Assembly (NCBI GenBank): GCA_964202905.1
Contig: CAXNJO010000001.1
Coordinates: 896,001-960,000, forward strand
Source: Polyangiales bacterium
GTDB taxonomy: Bacteria > Myxococcota_A > Polyangia > Polyangiales > JADJQN01
DNA: 64,000 nucleotides
Direction of reading: 5' to 3'
Positions 13,883-23,466 of the stretch are shown piece after piece. Each line of letters begins with the position of its first letter. Position 1 is the stretch's first letter. The notes under the pieces are model-generated. The model saw nothing but the letters and a program-made list of their open reading frames with translations. It ran no database searches and was not told the DNA's origin. A program made the translations under genes and the position numbers.

Positions 13883-14591
13883 TCAGTGCCCGAGCTCGAA
13901 GCGCAGGCCGCCGCCGAACCACGTCGTGTACGAGAAGCAGCACGCCGGCGTCCGCGCAGCGGGGCGGGCACGGTCGTCAGATCGATCGGCCGCCTCCCCG
14001 TAGACCACGAGCCACGGCGCGAGGCGGATGAGCGTGCCGATGCTCGCGCGGCCGCCCTCGCCCTCGAGACCCGCGCGTCTCGCGGCGCACGTAGGCAAAG
14101 CGGAACGACAGCGCGAAGAGGCCGGTCCCACGAGGTGTCGAGGCGCACCCCCGCCGACCACGCGAGGTAGGGCGCCGATCGGACCGCCGCTCTCGCGCCG
14201 CGGAGCGCGCGTCGATCCATGCTGGACCGAGCCCTCGAACGTGAACCCACCGTGGCCGACGCCGAGCGTGCCGCGCAGCAGATCGACCGCTCGTGCTCCG
14301 GCAGCGTGCACCCCGTCGGCGGTGCGTGGGCAGCGCCTCGGGCGGCACCTCGGGCGGCAGGCCGGGCATCTCCGTCACCGGCTCGCAGAGCCCCCGCGAA
14401 GGACGCGGGCACCACGAAGTCGGACCGCGCTGCTTGCCCGTAGCCGACGTCGACGATCGAAGTGCCACGGTGAGGGCTGGCGGCTCGTCTGCCCGGCGCG
14501 CGGCGGGGCGTCTGCGCATGCGTCGTCGCACGCCGTGTGTGAGCACGAGCGCGAAGACGAGCGCAGTGAGCCGGTTGGGACGGGACCCCAC
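13883..14591 (-). pseudogene. Fragmented putative secreted/outer-membrane beta-barrel gene
   Basis: Signal-like start (NRLTALVFALVLTHG); beta-strand-like pieces in different frames (LFALSFRFAY; LIRLAPWLVVYGEA; WFGGGLRFELGH). Confidence 0.35.
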
Positions 14592-14632
14592 GTGAGGCTA
14601 CATCGACGCCCCGTCGCCGGGGCTTGAAGGGG

Positions 14633-16483
14633 TCAATCGGCGTATCCCTGCCAGAACCAGCGGCGTCGGGGCCGGTCGTAGAACACCCAGAGCAGATCGC
14701 CCCGCTGCATCTCGGCCCAGTAGTAGTCGCGCTCGACGGGGACCGCGGTGCGTGAGCCCCACCACCCGCCGCTCAGCCGGAAGGGGCCGCGCAGCGCGAC
14801 GAGGGCGCCGTGCTCCCCGTGCGCCGGCCACGGATCGCCGGGGAGGGTGGGGGGATCGGGGATGGGGAGGGGCTGCGGGAGCAGCACGCGCGCGAGCCGA
14901 GGCAGCCCCTCGTGGAGCAGGGAGTCCGGTGTCTCCGGTGTTCGGAGAGAGTGAGTCATGGGCGGAGATTCGGGCGACGCCGCGACGTTGTGAGACATGG
15001 ATTCCGGCGCGCCGGAAATGCCTCGATGTGACCGTTTCGATGGGTGATCGTGGGCATGATCGGTGGTGTCGTGGGATGTGTCGTTCGATGGATGTATGGA
15101 TTCGAGAATCGTATTCTCGGAATCGAAGATCGTGTGTTCGTGCGTCGTCGCGTCCGCGCGCGCGACGTCGAAGAAGGCCGGGCTCTCCGCGGTGGGGGGC
15201 GTCACGGGCGTTGGCGCGGGCGGCGGCGTGGCGACCTCGCGCGTCGGCTCCCACGCGAAGCTCGCCTCGGGGAGGTGGGCGGGGCGCAGGCGCGCGCGCG
15301 TCACGCTCCGGGGCCCGAAGGCGGCGGACACGCGGGCGAGCGCGCGGGCCGCGGCGCGGGCGTCGCGGCGCTCGGCCTGCGGGAAGAGCGTGAGTTGCTC
15401 GGTCGGGTTGCGCGTGCCTCGCACGGTGAGCGAGAGCTGCGTGCAGCGCGACGGGAGCGCGAGCGCGCCGAGGCGCAGGCGCACCAGCTCCACGAGCAGC
15501 GCGACGTCGCGCGTCGGCTGCGCGGGTTCGAGTGAAACCGGCACCGCCTCCCCGCGCTCGACCGCGATCGTGAGCTCGAGCCGGGCGATGGCCTCGCCGC
15601 GGGGGACCAGCCGCTCGGCGAGCCCGAGGAGCGCGCCGCGGATCGCGAAGAGCAGCCGCGCGGTGTCGTCGTCCGGCGGCTCGACCTCGCACGTCGCGTG
15701 CACGGGCTCGCCGTAGGTGCGTGCCTGCACGGGCAGCGGCGCCCCGGCCGAGGCCGCCGCGTGGAGCGCCTGCGCCACCTCGCCGAAGCGGGCGCGGAGC
15801 GCGTCGCCGGGCAGCCGCAGCAGATCGCCGACCGTGTGCACCGCGAGCCGCGCGAGCGCCTCGCGCAGCGACTCCGGGAGCGCGAGCCGCGCGAGGGGGA
15901 CGGTGAGCGCGCGGTCGCGCTCTTCCTCGGGGGAGCGCAGCACGTAGACGCCCGGGCGTCGCGCCGCGAGCGCGAGGGCCTCCGTGCGGAAGCGGTGGTA
16001 GCCGACGACGAGCGCGCTGCGCAGCTCCTGCGCCGTGAGGTGCGCGTGCACTGCGGCCGCCCAGCGGCGCGTGTCGCCGAAGAGCCGCTCGAGGCCCGAG
16101 GGATCGAGGAAGAAGCGGCCATCGACGGCGCGCCCCGCGGGCTCGACGCCTGGCGTGAGCAGCGCGAGCCCCCGCGCGAGCGTGTCGCGCGCCTCGGCGA
16201 TCTGCGCCTCGTCGAGGACCGCCGCGCGCAGCGACGCGCAGAGCGCGCGGGCCGCGGCGTAGCGGGTCCCTGGCACGATCCCGGCGTCGCGTGCGGCGCC
16301 GTTTGCGTGCAGCACGAGCGCGGTCGGCGTGTCCGCGGCGAGCACGACGGCCGGGTGTGCACGCCACGCGGGCTGCGCGCGCAGCGCGAGCTGGAGCGGC
16401 AGCGCGGGCAGCTCGACGCAGGCGATGGCGTGCGGGACCGGAAGCGTGTCGCGCGCCGTGGTGTCGCGCGTGTCTGCGCTCAC
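14633..16483 (-). CDS. imuB: ImuB, inactive Y-family polymerase accessory protein
   Basis: GTG overlaps the imuA stop; ACVELPALPLQ (no catalytic Asp), LTPGVEP, C-terminal GPFRLSGGWW...ERDYY...WFWQG. Confidence 0.92.
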   Translation of the reverse strand: MSADTRDTTARDTLPVPHAIACVELPALPLQLALRAQPAWRAHPAVVLAADTPTALVLHANGAARDAGIVPGTRYAAARALCASLRAAVLDEAQIAEARDTLARGLALLTPGVEPAGRAVDGRFFLDPSGLERLFGDTRRWAAAVHAHLTAQELRSALVVGYHRFRTEALALAARRPGVYVLRSPEEERDRALTVPLARLALPESLREALARLAVHTVGDLLRLPGDALRARFGEVAQALHAAASAGAPLPVQARTYGEPVHATCEVEPPDDDTARLLFAIRGALLGLAERLVPRGEAIARLELTIAVERGEAVPVSLEPAQPTRDVALLVELVRLRLGALALPSRCTQLSLTVRGTRNPTEQLTLFPQAERRDARAAARALARVSAAFGPRSVTRARLRPAHLPEASFAWEPTREVATPPPAPTPVTPPTAESPAFFDVARADATTHEHTIFDSENTILESIHPSNDTSHDTTDHAHDHPSKRSHRGISGAPESMSHNVAASPESPPMTHSLRTPETPDSLLHEGLPRLARVLLPQPLPIPDPPTLPGDPWPAHGEHGALVALRGPFRLSGGWWGSRTAVPVERDYYWAEMQRGDLLWVFYDRPRRRWFWQGYAD

Positions 16484-17130
16484 GGCGCGCCCTGCGGCCC
16501 GCGTCGCACGAGCGGCCGCGCGTCGAGCGTCGCGCCGCTCTTGTTGCGCAGCACCTCCGCGTCGACGTCCCACGCGCCCGGTCCCCTGCGCCGCCGCGCG
16601 GCCCGCACGCGCACCGAGACGAGCGGCCCGACGCCGCTGCGTCGCGCGGCCTCGTCCGTCAGCACGACGAGCCGCAGCACGTGCTGCCGCGCGAGCCCCG
16701 CGAGGCGCCCCGACCACGCGTCGCCGGGGGGTACGCCGCCGCGCAGATCGACGACCACGACGCCGAAGCCGTTGGAGCGCAGCAGCAGCTCCGCGGCCCG
16801 CGCGAGCCCCGCGGCGCCGGCCGCGGCGGGCACGTGGATCACCACGAGCGCGTCGAGATCGACGCCCGACTCCGCGACGTCGGGCGGGAAGAGCCCGCCT
16901 CCTTCCGGCTGGATCCACGCGGCCGGCTCGCCCTCGCGCTGCGCCTGCGCGATCACCGCGAGCGCCGTCGTCGTGCGCGCGGAGAGCCCCGCTGCGCCCA
17001 CGAGCTCCACGAGCCGCCCCGCGGGCAGCAGCGCGGGGAGGGGCTGCGTCGCGGGCGCGGGCTGCGGCAGCGTGCTCGCTGCGTGCACGAGGTGCGGGCG
17101 CAGGGACGCTGCGGAAGACGCGTCGGTCAT
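16480..17130 (-). CDS. imuA: ImuA / RecA-like protein
   Basis: GRLVELVG...ARTTTAL, GEPAAWIQ, LFPPDVAESGVDLDAL, RAAELLLRSNGFGVVVVDL; directly upstream of imuB. Confidence 0.9.
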   Translation of the reverse strand: MTDASSAASLRPHLVHAASTLPQPAPATQPLPALLPAGRLVELVGAAGLSARTTTALAVIAQAQREGEPAAWIQPEGGGLFPPDVAESGVDLDALVVIHVPAAAGAAGLARAAELLLRSNGFGVVVVDLRGGVPPGDAWSGRLAGLARQHVLRLVVLTDEAARRSGVGPLVSVRVRAARRRRGPGAWDVDAEVLRNKSGATLDARPLVRRGPQGAP

Positions 17131-17137
17131 GCCTCTG

Positions 17138-17165
17138 CGTATACTGAACGCAAAGTCAGTGTCAA
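17138..17165 (-). promoter_or_regulatory. imuAB promoter with a putative LexA box
   Basis: Minus strand reads TTGACA (17165-17160), CTGACTTTGCGTTCAG (17159-17144), TATACG. Confidence 0.8.
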
Positions 17166-17343
17166 CGTGTCGTGCGTGAGCCGCGCCTCCCGATCACGCG
17201 GGCGGCGAGGGGACCCGGCTCCGTGCATCCGCTGCCGAACCCCGTCGCGCGTTCGAGATGATGCGTGGCGTCCGCCTCGGCGCCTCCGCCGGGCCCGCGG
17301 AACCCTTGCGCAGCCCGCCGGATCCAGCGCGCGTCGGCCGACC

Positions 17344-18126
17344 TCAGAAGCGCAGCGCGAAGGTGTCGGTGCGCGGGTCGAGCTGCGCGTCGGTGTTCGC
17401 CCAGACCGCGATGCCCGTGGTCGCACCGGCGAGCACGAGCACACCGACGCCCGTCCACAGCCAGGGGCTCTGCCACCAACGTGACGTCTCCGCTGCGCGC
17501 GGGAGCACGACATCGATCGATTCCTGAACACCGAAGCGGCTCTGCACGGTGCGGCGCCAGAGGCCCTGCGTGCCGCACTCCAGCTCGAGCGCATGGGTGC
17601 CTGGATCGAGCTCGACGGAGAGGGTGTCTCGCTCGCGCGACATCGTCGTCCGCTCGACGCCATCGACGCGCAGAACGACGTCACCCGATGGCACGCGGCG
17701 CAGCATCAGATGGGCGATCGCATCCGTCGCAGCCGCGAGTCCCTGTGTGGCTTCCGCGCGTGTCGGGGCATCGATCGTCACGTCGGCCAGGACGTTCGCG
17801 AATGCATCTCTCGCTTCGACGACCCGTCCGAGCGTCCGCAGGGATTCCGCGAGGTTGAGGAGCGCCACGGGCGCGTGCGTCAACGTGTACGCGCGTCGGA
17901 ACGACTCCGCTGCGGCCACCCACTGCGCACGCTCGGCCTCCGCGAGACCGCGCGCAAAACTCGTCCTCGCTTCCTCGAAGCGCGCGTCATCCGACTCTGC
18001 AGAGTCGGATTGCGGCGCTGGATTCTCCGCACGCACGGTGTCCTGTGCTTCGGCGTGCGCGCCGTGGAGTGCGATGGTGAAACAGGGAATCAGAATCCAC
18101 ACGAGACTGAGCCGGGCGGGATTCAT
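17344..18126 (-). CDS. Secreted TPR + PEGA-like domain protein
   Basis: Signal peptide; TPR-like AAAESFRRAY...ALLNLAESLRTLGR; VLRVDG...LDPGTHAL; WWQSPWLWTGVG hydrophobic segment. Confidence 0.8.
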   Translation of the reverse strand: MNPARLSLVWILIPCFTIALHGAHAEAQDTVRAENPAPQSDSAESDDARFEEARTSFARGLAEAERAQWVAAAESFRRAYTLTHAPVALLNLAESLRTLGRVVEARDAFANVLADVTIDAPTRAEATQGLAAATDAIAHLMLRRVPSGDVVLRVDGVERTTMSRERDTLSVELDPGTHALELECGTQGLWRRTVQSRFGVQESIDVVLPRAAETSRWWQSPWLWTGVGVLVLAGATTGIAVWANTDAQLDPRTDTFALRF

Positions 18127-19895
18127 GGGCGGACCTGGCGTGTGAATTCGTCGAGCGAGTGAAGCCTCGAAGGTGGGTTTCGCAGAGGTGTTTCCGGCGC
18201 GGTGGGACCCTCCGCAGGCGCGTCGTCGTGTGCGGGCGGCGAGGGCGTCGTCGGCGTGGCGGCGGCTCTCGACCCCGACGCGGAGGCCGTCTCGGGGCCG
18301 GATGCAGGCTCCCGAGCCGCGCGATCACGCGTCGGCCGAGGTCGCTGCGCCGGGGCGGTCTCCAGCTGGGAGTCGCCGTCGTCCGCGCGTGGGTCGCGTG
18401 GCGTGGTCGGCAGTGCGGGCGCTGGCGTCGACGGGTCCGCGACACCCGACGATCCGCGCACCGACGCACCGGACGCGGGGGGATGCGCCAGGCCCGCATC
18501 GTCGTGTACGTCTGGACGGATCGCCTCGTCACGAGACGTCGGCGACGACGAGATCAGCCGCATCGTCGCGGCGTTGTGAATGGATGTCACGCTGGCGTGC
18601 CGCAGCGAGAGCGTCACGACCGTCGTCGTCAGCGCGAGGAGCGCGCCCGCGAGCAGCACCGCGATGCGCCACCGTCGGGGCGGACGCGCACCGGCTGGAG
18701 GTCGCGTCGGCGCGGGGGTGTCGATGGCGATGTGGGTGATGGATGGCGTATCGCGCGCCGGGGCGGGTACGGACGCGCTCTCGGTGATGGGATGGGCCTC
18801 CGCCTCGCCGCCGCTCGCGTCGCCGGATTCCTCTTCGTCGCGCGCAGCGCCTCCCTTCATCGGCTCCGGCGTGATCGCCGCGCGCAGATCGGCTTCGAGG
18901 TGCCGCAGAAAGGTGCCGCCGTGCGTCGTGACGAAGTCTCCGAGGGCTGCCGTGTCGGCCCCCGCAGCGGCCGCGCGCAGAGCGCGTTCGAACGCGCGCG
19001 CGTCCGGCCAGCGTCGGGCCGGATCGCGCTCGAGCGCACGCGAGATCGCCTCGGCGATGGCCGGGGCCGCGTCGGGTCGGTAGGTCGTGACGGGCGGGAT
19101 CGGCTCCGACGCGACCGCCTTGAGGGTCTCGAGCGTGCCTCGCCCCCCGAAGAGCCGACGCCCGGTACACACCTCCCAGCCCACGACACCGAGCGCCCAC
19201 ACGTCGACGCGACGGTCGTAGACCTGATTCGTCAGCTGCTCGGGCGCGAAGTACGCGTGCTTGCCCTTGAGGTCGCCGGTGTTCGTGCGCGTCGCGCGCT
19301 CGATGGCGCGGGCGACGCCGAAATCGGTGATGCGCGCGCGCCCCCGCGCATCGACGAGGATGTTCTGCGGGCTGACGTCGCGATGGACGATCTCGAGCGG
19401 ACGGCCCGTCGGCGTTCGCGCTTCGTGGGCGTCGTGGAGCCCGGCCGCGGCCTGCGCGAGGACCTCGATGGCGAGATCGAGGGGAAAGACCAACCCGGCG
19501 CGGTCGACCGTGCGCTGGAGGTGGTGGAGCGAGACGCCGGAGACGAACTCGAGGACGAGATAGGGCTCGCCGTCGGGGCCACGGTCTAGGTCCAGCGTCT
19601 GCACCACGTGCGGGCTGTCGATCGCCGCCGCGATGCGGCCCTCGTCGAGGAACATGTCGACGAAACCGTCGTCTTCGACGAGGTTCGGGAGCATCCGCTT
19701 GATCGCGACGAGGCGCTCGAACCGTCCCTCGCCGGCGAGCCGGGCGGCATAGACCTGCGCCATTCCGCCGTTGGCGATGGGCGCGAGGATCTCGTAGCGT
19801 CCGCAGCGCGTCCCGCGCGCCCAGGCGAGAGGGCGACGCGTGTCGCCGTCGGCGGATGCGAACGCGCGAGGAGACACGGAGATCCTCCACAACAT
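18123..19895 (-). CDS. Membrane Ser/Thr protein kinase (Hanks type)
   Basis: GGMAQVY, VAIK, HRDVSPQN, DFG, YFAPE, DVWALG; TM helix and Pro-rich tail. Confidence 0.95.
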   Translation of the reverse strand: MLWRISVSPRAFASADGDTRRPLAWARGTRCGRYEILAPIANGGMAQVYAARLAGEGRFERLVAIKRMLPNLVEDDGFVDMFLDEGRIAAAIDSPHVVQTLDLDRGPDGEPYLVLEFVSGVSLHHLQRTVDRAGLVFPLDLAIEVLAQAAAGLHDAHEARTPTGRPLEIVHRDVSPQNILVDARGRARITDFGVARAIERATRTNTGDLKGKHAYFAPEQLTNQVYDRRVDVWALGVVGWEVCTGRRLFGGRGTLETLKAVASEPIPPVTTYRPDAAPAIAEAISRALERDPARRWPDARAFERALRAAAAGADTAALGDFVTTHGGTFLRHLEADLRAAITPEPMKGGAARDEEESGDASGGEAEAHPITESASVPAPARDTPSITHIAIDTPAPTRPPAGARPPRRWRIAVLLAGALLALTTTVVTLSLRHASVTSIHNAATMRLISSSPTSRDEAIRPDVHDDAGLAHPPASGASVRGSSGVADPSTPAPALPTTPRDPRADDGDSQLETAPAQRPRPTRDRAAREPASGPETASASGSRAAATPTTPSPPAHDDAPAEGPTAPETPLRNPPSRLHSLDEFTRQVRP

Positions 19896-20018
19896 CCGGC
19901 GCGCGACGCTGTCGAGCCTACCGAACCGCCCGGGTGTCCGCGTCGAGCGCCGACGCCGACGTCTCTCCGTGACGGGCGCGAGGCACCGCCCCGATGGCCG
20001 TGCCCCGTCGCCCCGACG

Positions 20019-20676
20019 TCAGCGGCAGACCGTCGCGCGGATCTCGAAGCGCGCGGGGGGCGTGCTCAGTCCCGAGACGAAGCATTGCACCCACACGGAG
20101 GTCGCGTCGCCGAGCTCCGAGCGGGCCGGGTCGAAGAGGCACGAGGTGTCGTAGAAGTAGACCGGGGTTGTAGATGTCCGCCGCCCCCCGAGTTCGCCAG
20201 CGAACAACGCTCGCCGTTGCAGGCCACTGCGGTCGCGCTCACGCCGGCGCCGACCCAGGCCGAATACGTCGCCGAGCTCGACGACCATGACCGGGATGTC
20301 CGTCGATGCCCGCGGTCCGGACGCGCGACCGGCCAATCTGTGAAACGACGTGTCGACATGTGTGCAGTCGAGTCCGTACTCCGTCGATGCGAGGATGGTC
20401 GATACGTCACGCTCGCGGGGATCGGTGGCGCTCGGATTCGGCGACCGCGATCGCGCTCCCGAACGTGAGCGCGCTGTCGCCCGAGTCGAACGCAAAGGAC
20501 CCCACGGGCTCCGGCGGGGGACCCGCATCGACGGCGGGCGGAGGCCCGCTGTCCGAGGCGGGGGGCATCCCTGCATCGACCACACCACCCACATCGGGAG
20601 TCGGGCTGTCATCACACGCACCCGCGAGCATGGCGACGAAGAGAATCCAGATTCCGTGTTTCGGAGACGCAGGCAT
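20019..20676 (-). CDS. Hypothetical lipoprotein with several frameshifts
   Basis: MPASPKHGIWILFVAMLAGAC lipobox and DAG linker; protein-like sequence moves between ORFs 20407..20676, 20019..21182 and 20066..20410. Confidence 0.55.
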
Positions 20677-20763
20677 GATGTCAACCTCTGTTTGATAGGA
20701 TGTATTGGATCGGATTTGAATGCGAACGATGGCGTCGCGGTCAGGATTGCACTGCCGACGCTG

Positions 20764-22095
20764 TCACGGCTTGCGTACGCGGTAGAGGCGCGAACCGGTT
20801 CCGAATCCCGGAGGCGGAAGCTCGTCCCAGTAGAGGGCAGTGGTGGTCGCGAGCATGCGATTTGCGCCCATCCGACCCGTGACGACGTCGATGGTTGCGC
20901 CGCCCGTCGTCGCAACGTAGACGATGCGGCGTTGCGGGCCGCTGCGGTCGGTCTGCGGCGCCACGCAGTAGAGGCGAGCCTCGTCGACCTCGAGTTCGTA
21001 ACAGAACACATCCGCGAGGCGGGTGACTGCACCATCGCTCCGGGCGATGCGGTATACGCCGTCGATTGACGTCGAGGGCGTCGTGAGTGTCCCCATGGCG
21101 ACGTAGAACGCGTCTGCGGCTGCTTCCAGACCGAAAGGCATGCCATCGAACGTGAGCGATGCGGTCGTCTCCATCCCGCCATCGAGGGGGATCATGTGGA
21201 GGGTCCACGTCGTGCCGCTGCGTGACCAGTAGCCTGCAGCATCCGACGTGATGGTCAGGTAGGTGTTCCCGCAGGAAATCGCGGTTGCGAGGACGCGTAC
21301 GTGGGCCAGATCGCGCCCATAGAGATGGATCGAGCAATCCGTCGCAAAGGACGATCCCGTGGGTGACTCCACGGTCACGACGTTCGCGCCGTCGCGGTGC
21401 ACCTCCCGGACGACGGCCTCCTGTCCGGTCAGCGTCTCGACGGCGAGGGTCCGTGACTCGAAAAGTCCAGCCGTGTTTCGAACCGGCTCGCTGAAGCTGC
21501 CGACCCACCCGATACCATCCGCAAGGGGCGCGGGTTCCAAGCGCGATGCGGGCTCGGTCAGAGGGAACGCGGTGCCTGCCGAGTCGATGGCGAGCACCCG
21601 GTCGATCGGGAATCCGACGGCTCCGCCATTCGACATCGCGAAGGGGACGCCTCCGAGGACGTGGAACGCCAGCGCGCCGAAATACATTCCGTCGAACAGG
21701 AGTTCCGGCGTCGAAGTCGACGGCGCGCGATCGGGGCGCGGCACGAACGGCAGCGGAGGCAACCCCGTCGACATGCCGCCGTCTGCGATGCCCGCATCGA
21801 CGTCCATCGGACTCCCCGCATCGACGTCCATCGGACTCCCTGCATCGATGCCCATCGGATTGCCAGCGTCGATGTCCATCGGATTGCCAGCGTCGATGTC
21901 CATCGGATTGCCAGCGTCGATGTCCATCGGATTGCCAGCGTCGTCCCCAGGCGGAGTCTGCATGTCGGGTGAGAGGCCCGCGTCCGCTGCCGGTTCGCCC
22001 GGATCGGGGTCAGAGCCGCAGCCGACCGAGACGAGCGTCAGCATGGTGAGCAGCAACAAGGCGGTGGAACGGGTCCGGAATGAGGGGTGGTGCAT
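20764..22095 (-). CDS. Lipoprotein with 8-aa repeat stalk and probable beta-propeller domain
   Basis: LLLLTMLTLVSVGC lipobox; (DAGNPMDI)n; repeated AGYWS/AFYVA/RLYCV/ALYWD strands. Confidence 0.8.
   Translation of the reverse strand: MHHPSFRTRSTALLLLTMLTLVSVGCGSDPDPGEPAADAGLSPDMQTPPGDDAGNPMDIDAGNPMDIDAGNPMDIDAGNPMGIDAGSPMDVDAGSPMDVDAGIADGGMSTGLPPLPFVPRPDRAPSTSTPELLFDGMYFGALAFHVLGGVPFAMSNGGAVGFPIDRVLAIDSAGTAFPLTEPASRLEPAPLADGIGWVGSFSEPVRNTAGLFESRTLAVETLTGQEAVVREVHRDGANVVTVESPTGSSFATDCSIHLYGRDLAHVRVLATAISCGNTYLTITSDAAGYWSRSGTTWTLHMIPLDGGMETTASLTFDGMPFGLEAAADAFYVAMGTLTTPSTSIDGVYRIARSDGAVTRLADVFCYELEVDEARLYCVAPQTDRSGPQRRIVYVATTGGATIDVVTGRMGANRMLATTTALYWDELPPPGFGTGSRLYRVRKP
21794..21937. repeat. 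Six tandem 24-bp repeats, in frame
   Basis: Consensus GCRTCGAYGTCCATCGGAYTSCCH; units start at 21794, 21818, 21842, 21866, 21890, 21914. Confidence 0.95.
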
Positions 22096-22166
22096 GGCTC
22101 TCTGGTGGGCGATGGGTGGTGCAACGGTGGGTGGATGAAAACGCGTGGCGGGAGTACGGGCGCGGT

Positions 22167-23093
22167 TCAGAAGATCTCGCTGAGCAGGGCGCCGGCCGAG
22201 CAGATGCCCGCGCCGATTCCCGCGCCCGGTACGGCGCCGATGCCGCCGAGCGTGGCCCCACCGACACCGCCCCAGATCGCGCCGAGCACGTCTGCGCCGA
22301 TCACGTTTCCCCAACGGATGCGCGCTGCGGGCACGGGCGGGTCGTCGCCCAGCCAGGGGCTCCCCGCCGCCGTCGCCTCGCGGCTCCAGTAACCCATGCT
22401 GTGGCGCGCGACGGCCGACGCGATCAGCACGATGTCCGCTTCGTCTGCCGACATGCGCCGCTGCGCGTTCGCCTCGATGGCGGCGATCTCGCGGTCGGCC
22501 GCCGGCACCTCGTCGATCGTCGCGGGCAGCGCCGCGAAGATGCCATCGAGGCTCGCGCGCTGTGCGTCCGTGAAGGGCGTGGTCCGCGCGGCGCGGTCGA
22601 GCACCGCGCCGACAGCGCGGAGATAGGCGTCTCGATCCTCGACGTTGAGCGTCCTCGACACCGCGGCGAGCGAACCGCTCGCGACGTCCGACGCGCGGAC
22701 ATCGCAGTCGCGCAGCGCGCTCTGCGCGCAGAACGCGTCGACCACGGGCGCGACCGACGCGAGGAGCCGCGTCTCGTCCGTCGCTGCGCGCAGGGCCTTC
22801 ATGTCCGCGGCGGCCGCATCGAGGAGCAGGCCGTGCATCGCGGCGATCGCCTCGTAGCGCGCCGGATCGCCCGGGAGCGGCGCGTCGTCGGACGCCGTGT
22901 CGCTCCCGCGGTCCTTCAGCGCGCCCTGCGTCGCGCCCACCTCGGTGTCGGTCGCGGTGCCCGCGTCGTCCATGAAGCCCGGATCGAAGGGACTCGGGCC
23001 GTCACCCGACGTGCAGCCGACGGCGGCGAGTGCGAGGGCTGCCGCGAGAATCGTGATCGAACGGAGACGGCGTGATGTGGACGTGATCGACAT
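22167..23093 (-). CDS. Lipoprotein with C-terminal hydrophobic glycine-zipper segment
   Basis: ATG at 23093 with GGAGG RBS; ALALAAVGC lipobox; ends WGNVIGADVLGAIWGGVGGATLGGIGAVPGAGIGAGICSAGALLSEIF. Confidence 0.8.
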   Translation of the reverse strand: MSITSTSRRLRSITILAAALALAAVGCTSGDGPSPFDPGFMDDAGTATDTEVGATQGALKDRGSDTASDDAPLPGDPARYEAIAAMHGLLLDAAAADMKALRAATDETRLLASVAPVVDAFCAQSALRDCDVRASDVASGSLAAVSRTLNVEDRDAYLRAVGAVLDRAARTTPFTDAQRASLDGIFAALPATIDEVPAADREIAAIEANAQRRMSADEADIVLIASAVARHSMGYWSREATAAGSPWLGDDPPVPAARIRWGNVIGADVLGAIWGGVGGATLGGIGAVPGAGIGAGICSAGALLSEIF

Positions 23094-23466
23094 GGAGAAC
23101 CTCCTCGAGACGCCCTCTTGAGCAACCCTCGTGCCGCGCCGCGATGGCCCCGGAGGCCCCCAAAAATCAGGGGTCTCGCGTGCGCCTCGGCATGCACGTG
23201 GCAGCGCGCTGCGACGCGCGCGTCGCACGATCGCCCGACCGTGCGACGCCGGCGTCGCACCTCTCGCGGCTCGGCTGCGACCGTGTGAACCCGCTCTCGA
23301 CGACGCGCTGCGTCTCCGGCGCGGCCATCGCGGGTCGAACGAGGCGGGCGCGCTCGGCGTGTCGCGCACGAATCCGTGTTCGCGCCGCTCTCCGAGCGGG
23401 TACGGCTCGTGCGCCGTGCGATCCGGACGGCGCCCGGTGCGCGAGAAACAGGGAGTAGGTCACGCG

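Noticed and set aside
6700..14630. Mobile genomic island inserted between imuB and dnaE2
   Set aside because: No integrase, transposase or flanking direct repeats found; composition is mostly host-like
21794..21937. Possible CRISPR array
   Set aside because: Units are contiguous with no unique spacers, are in frame within a CDS, and no cas genes are present
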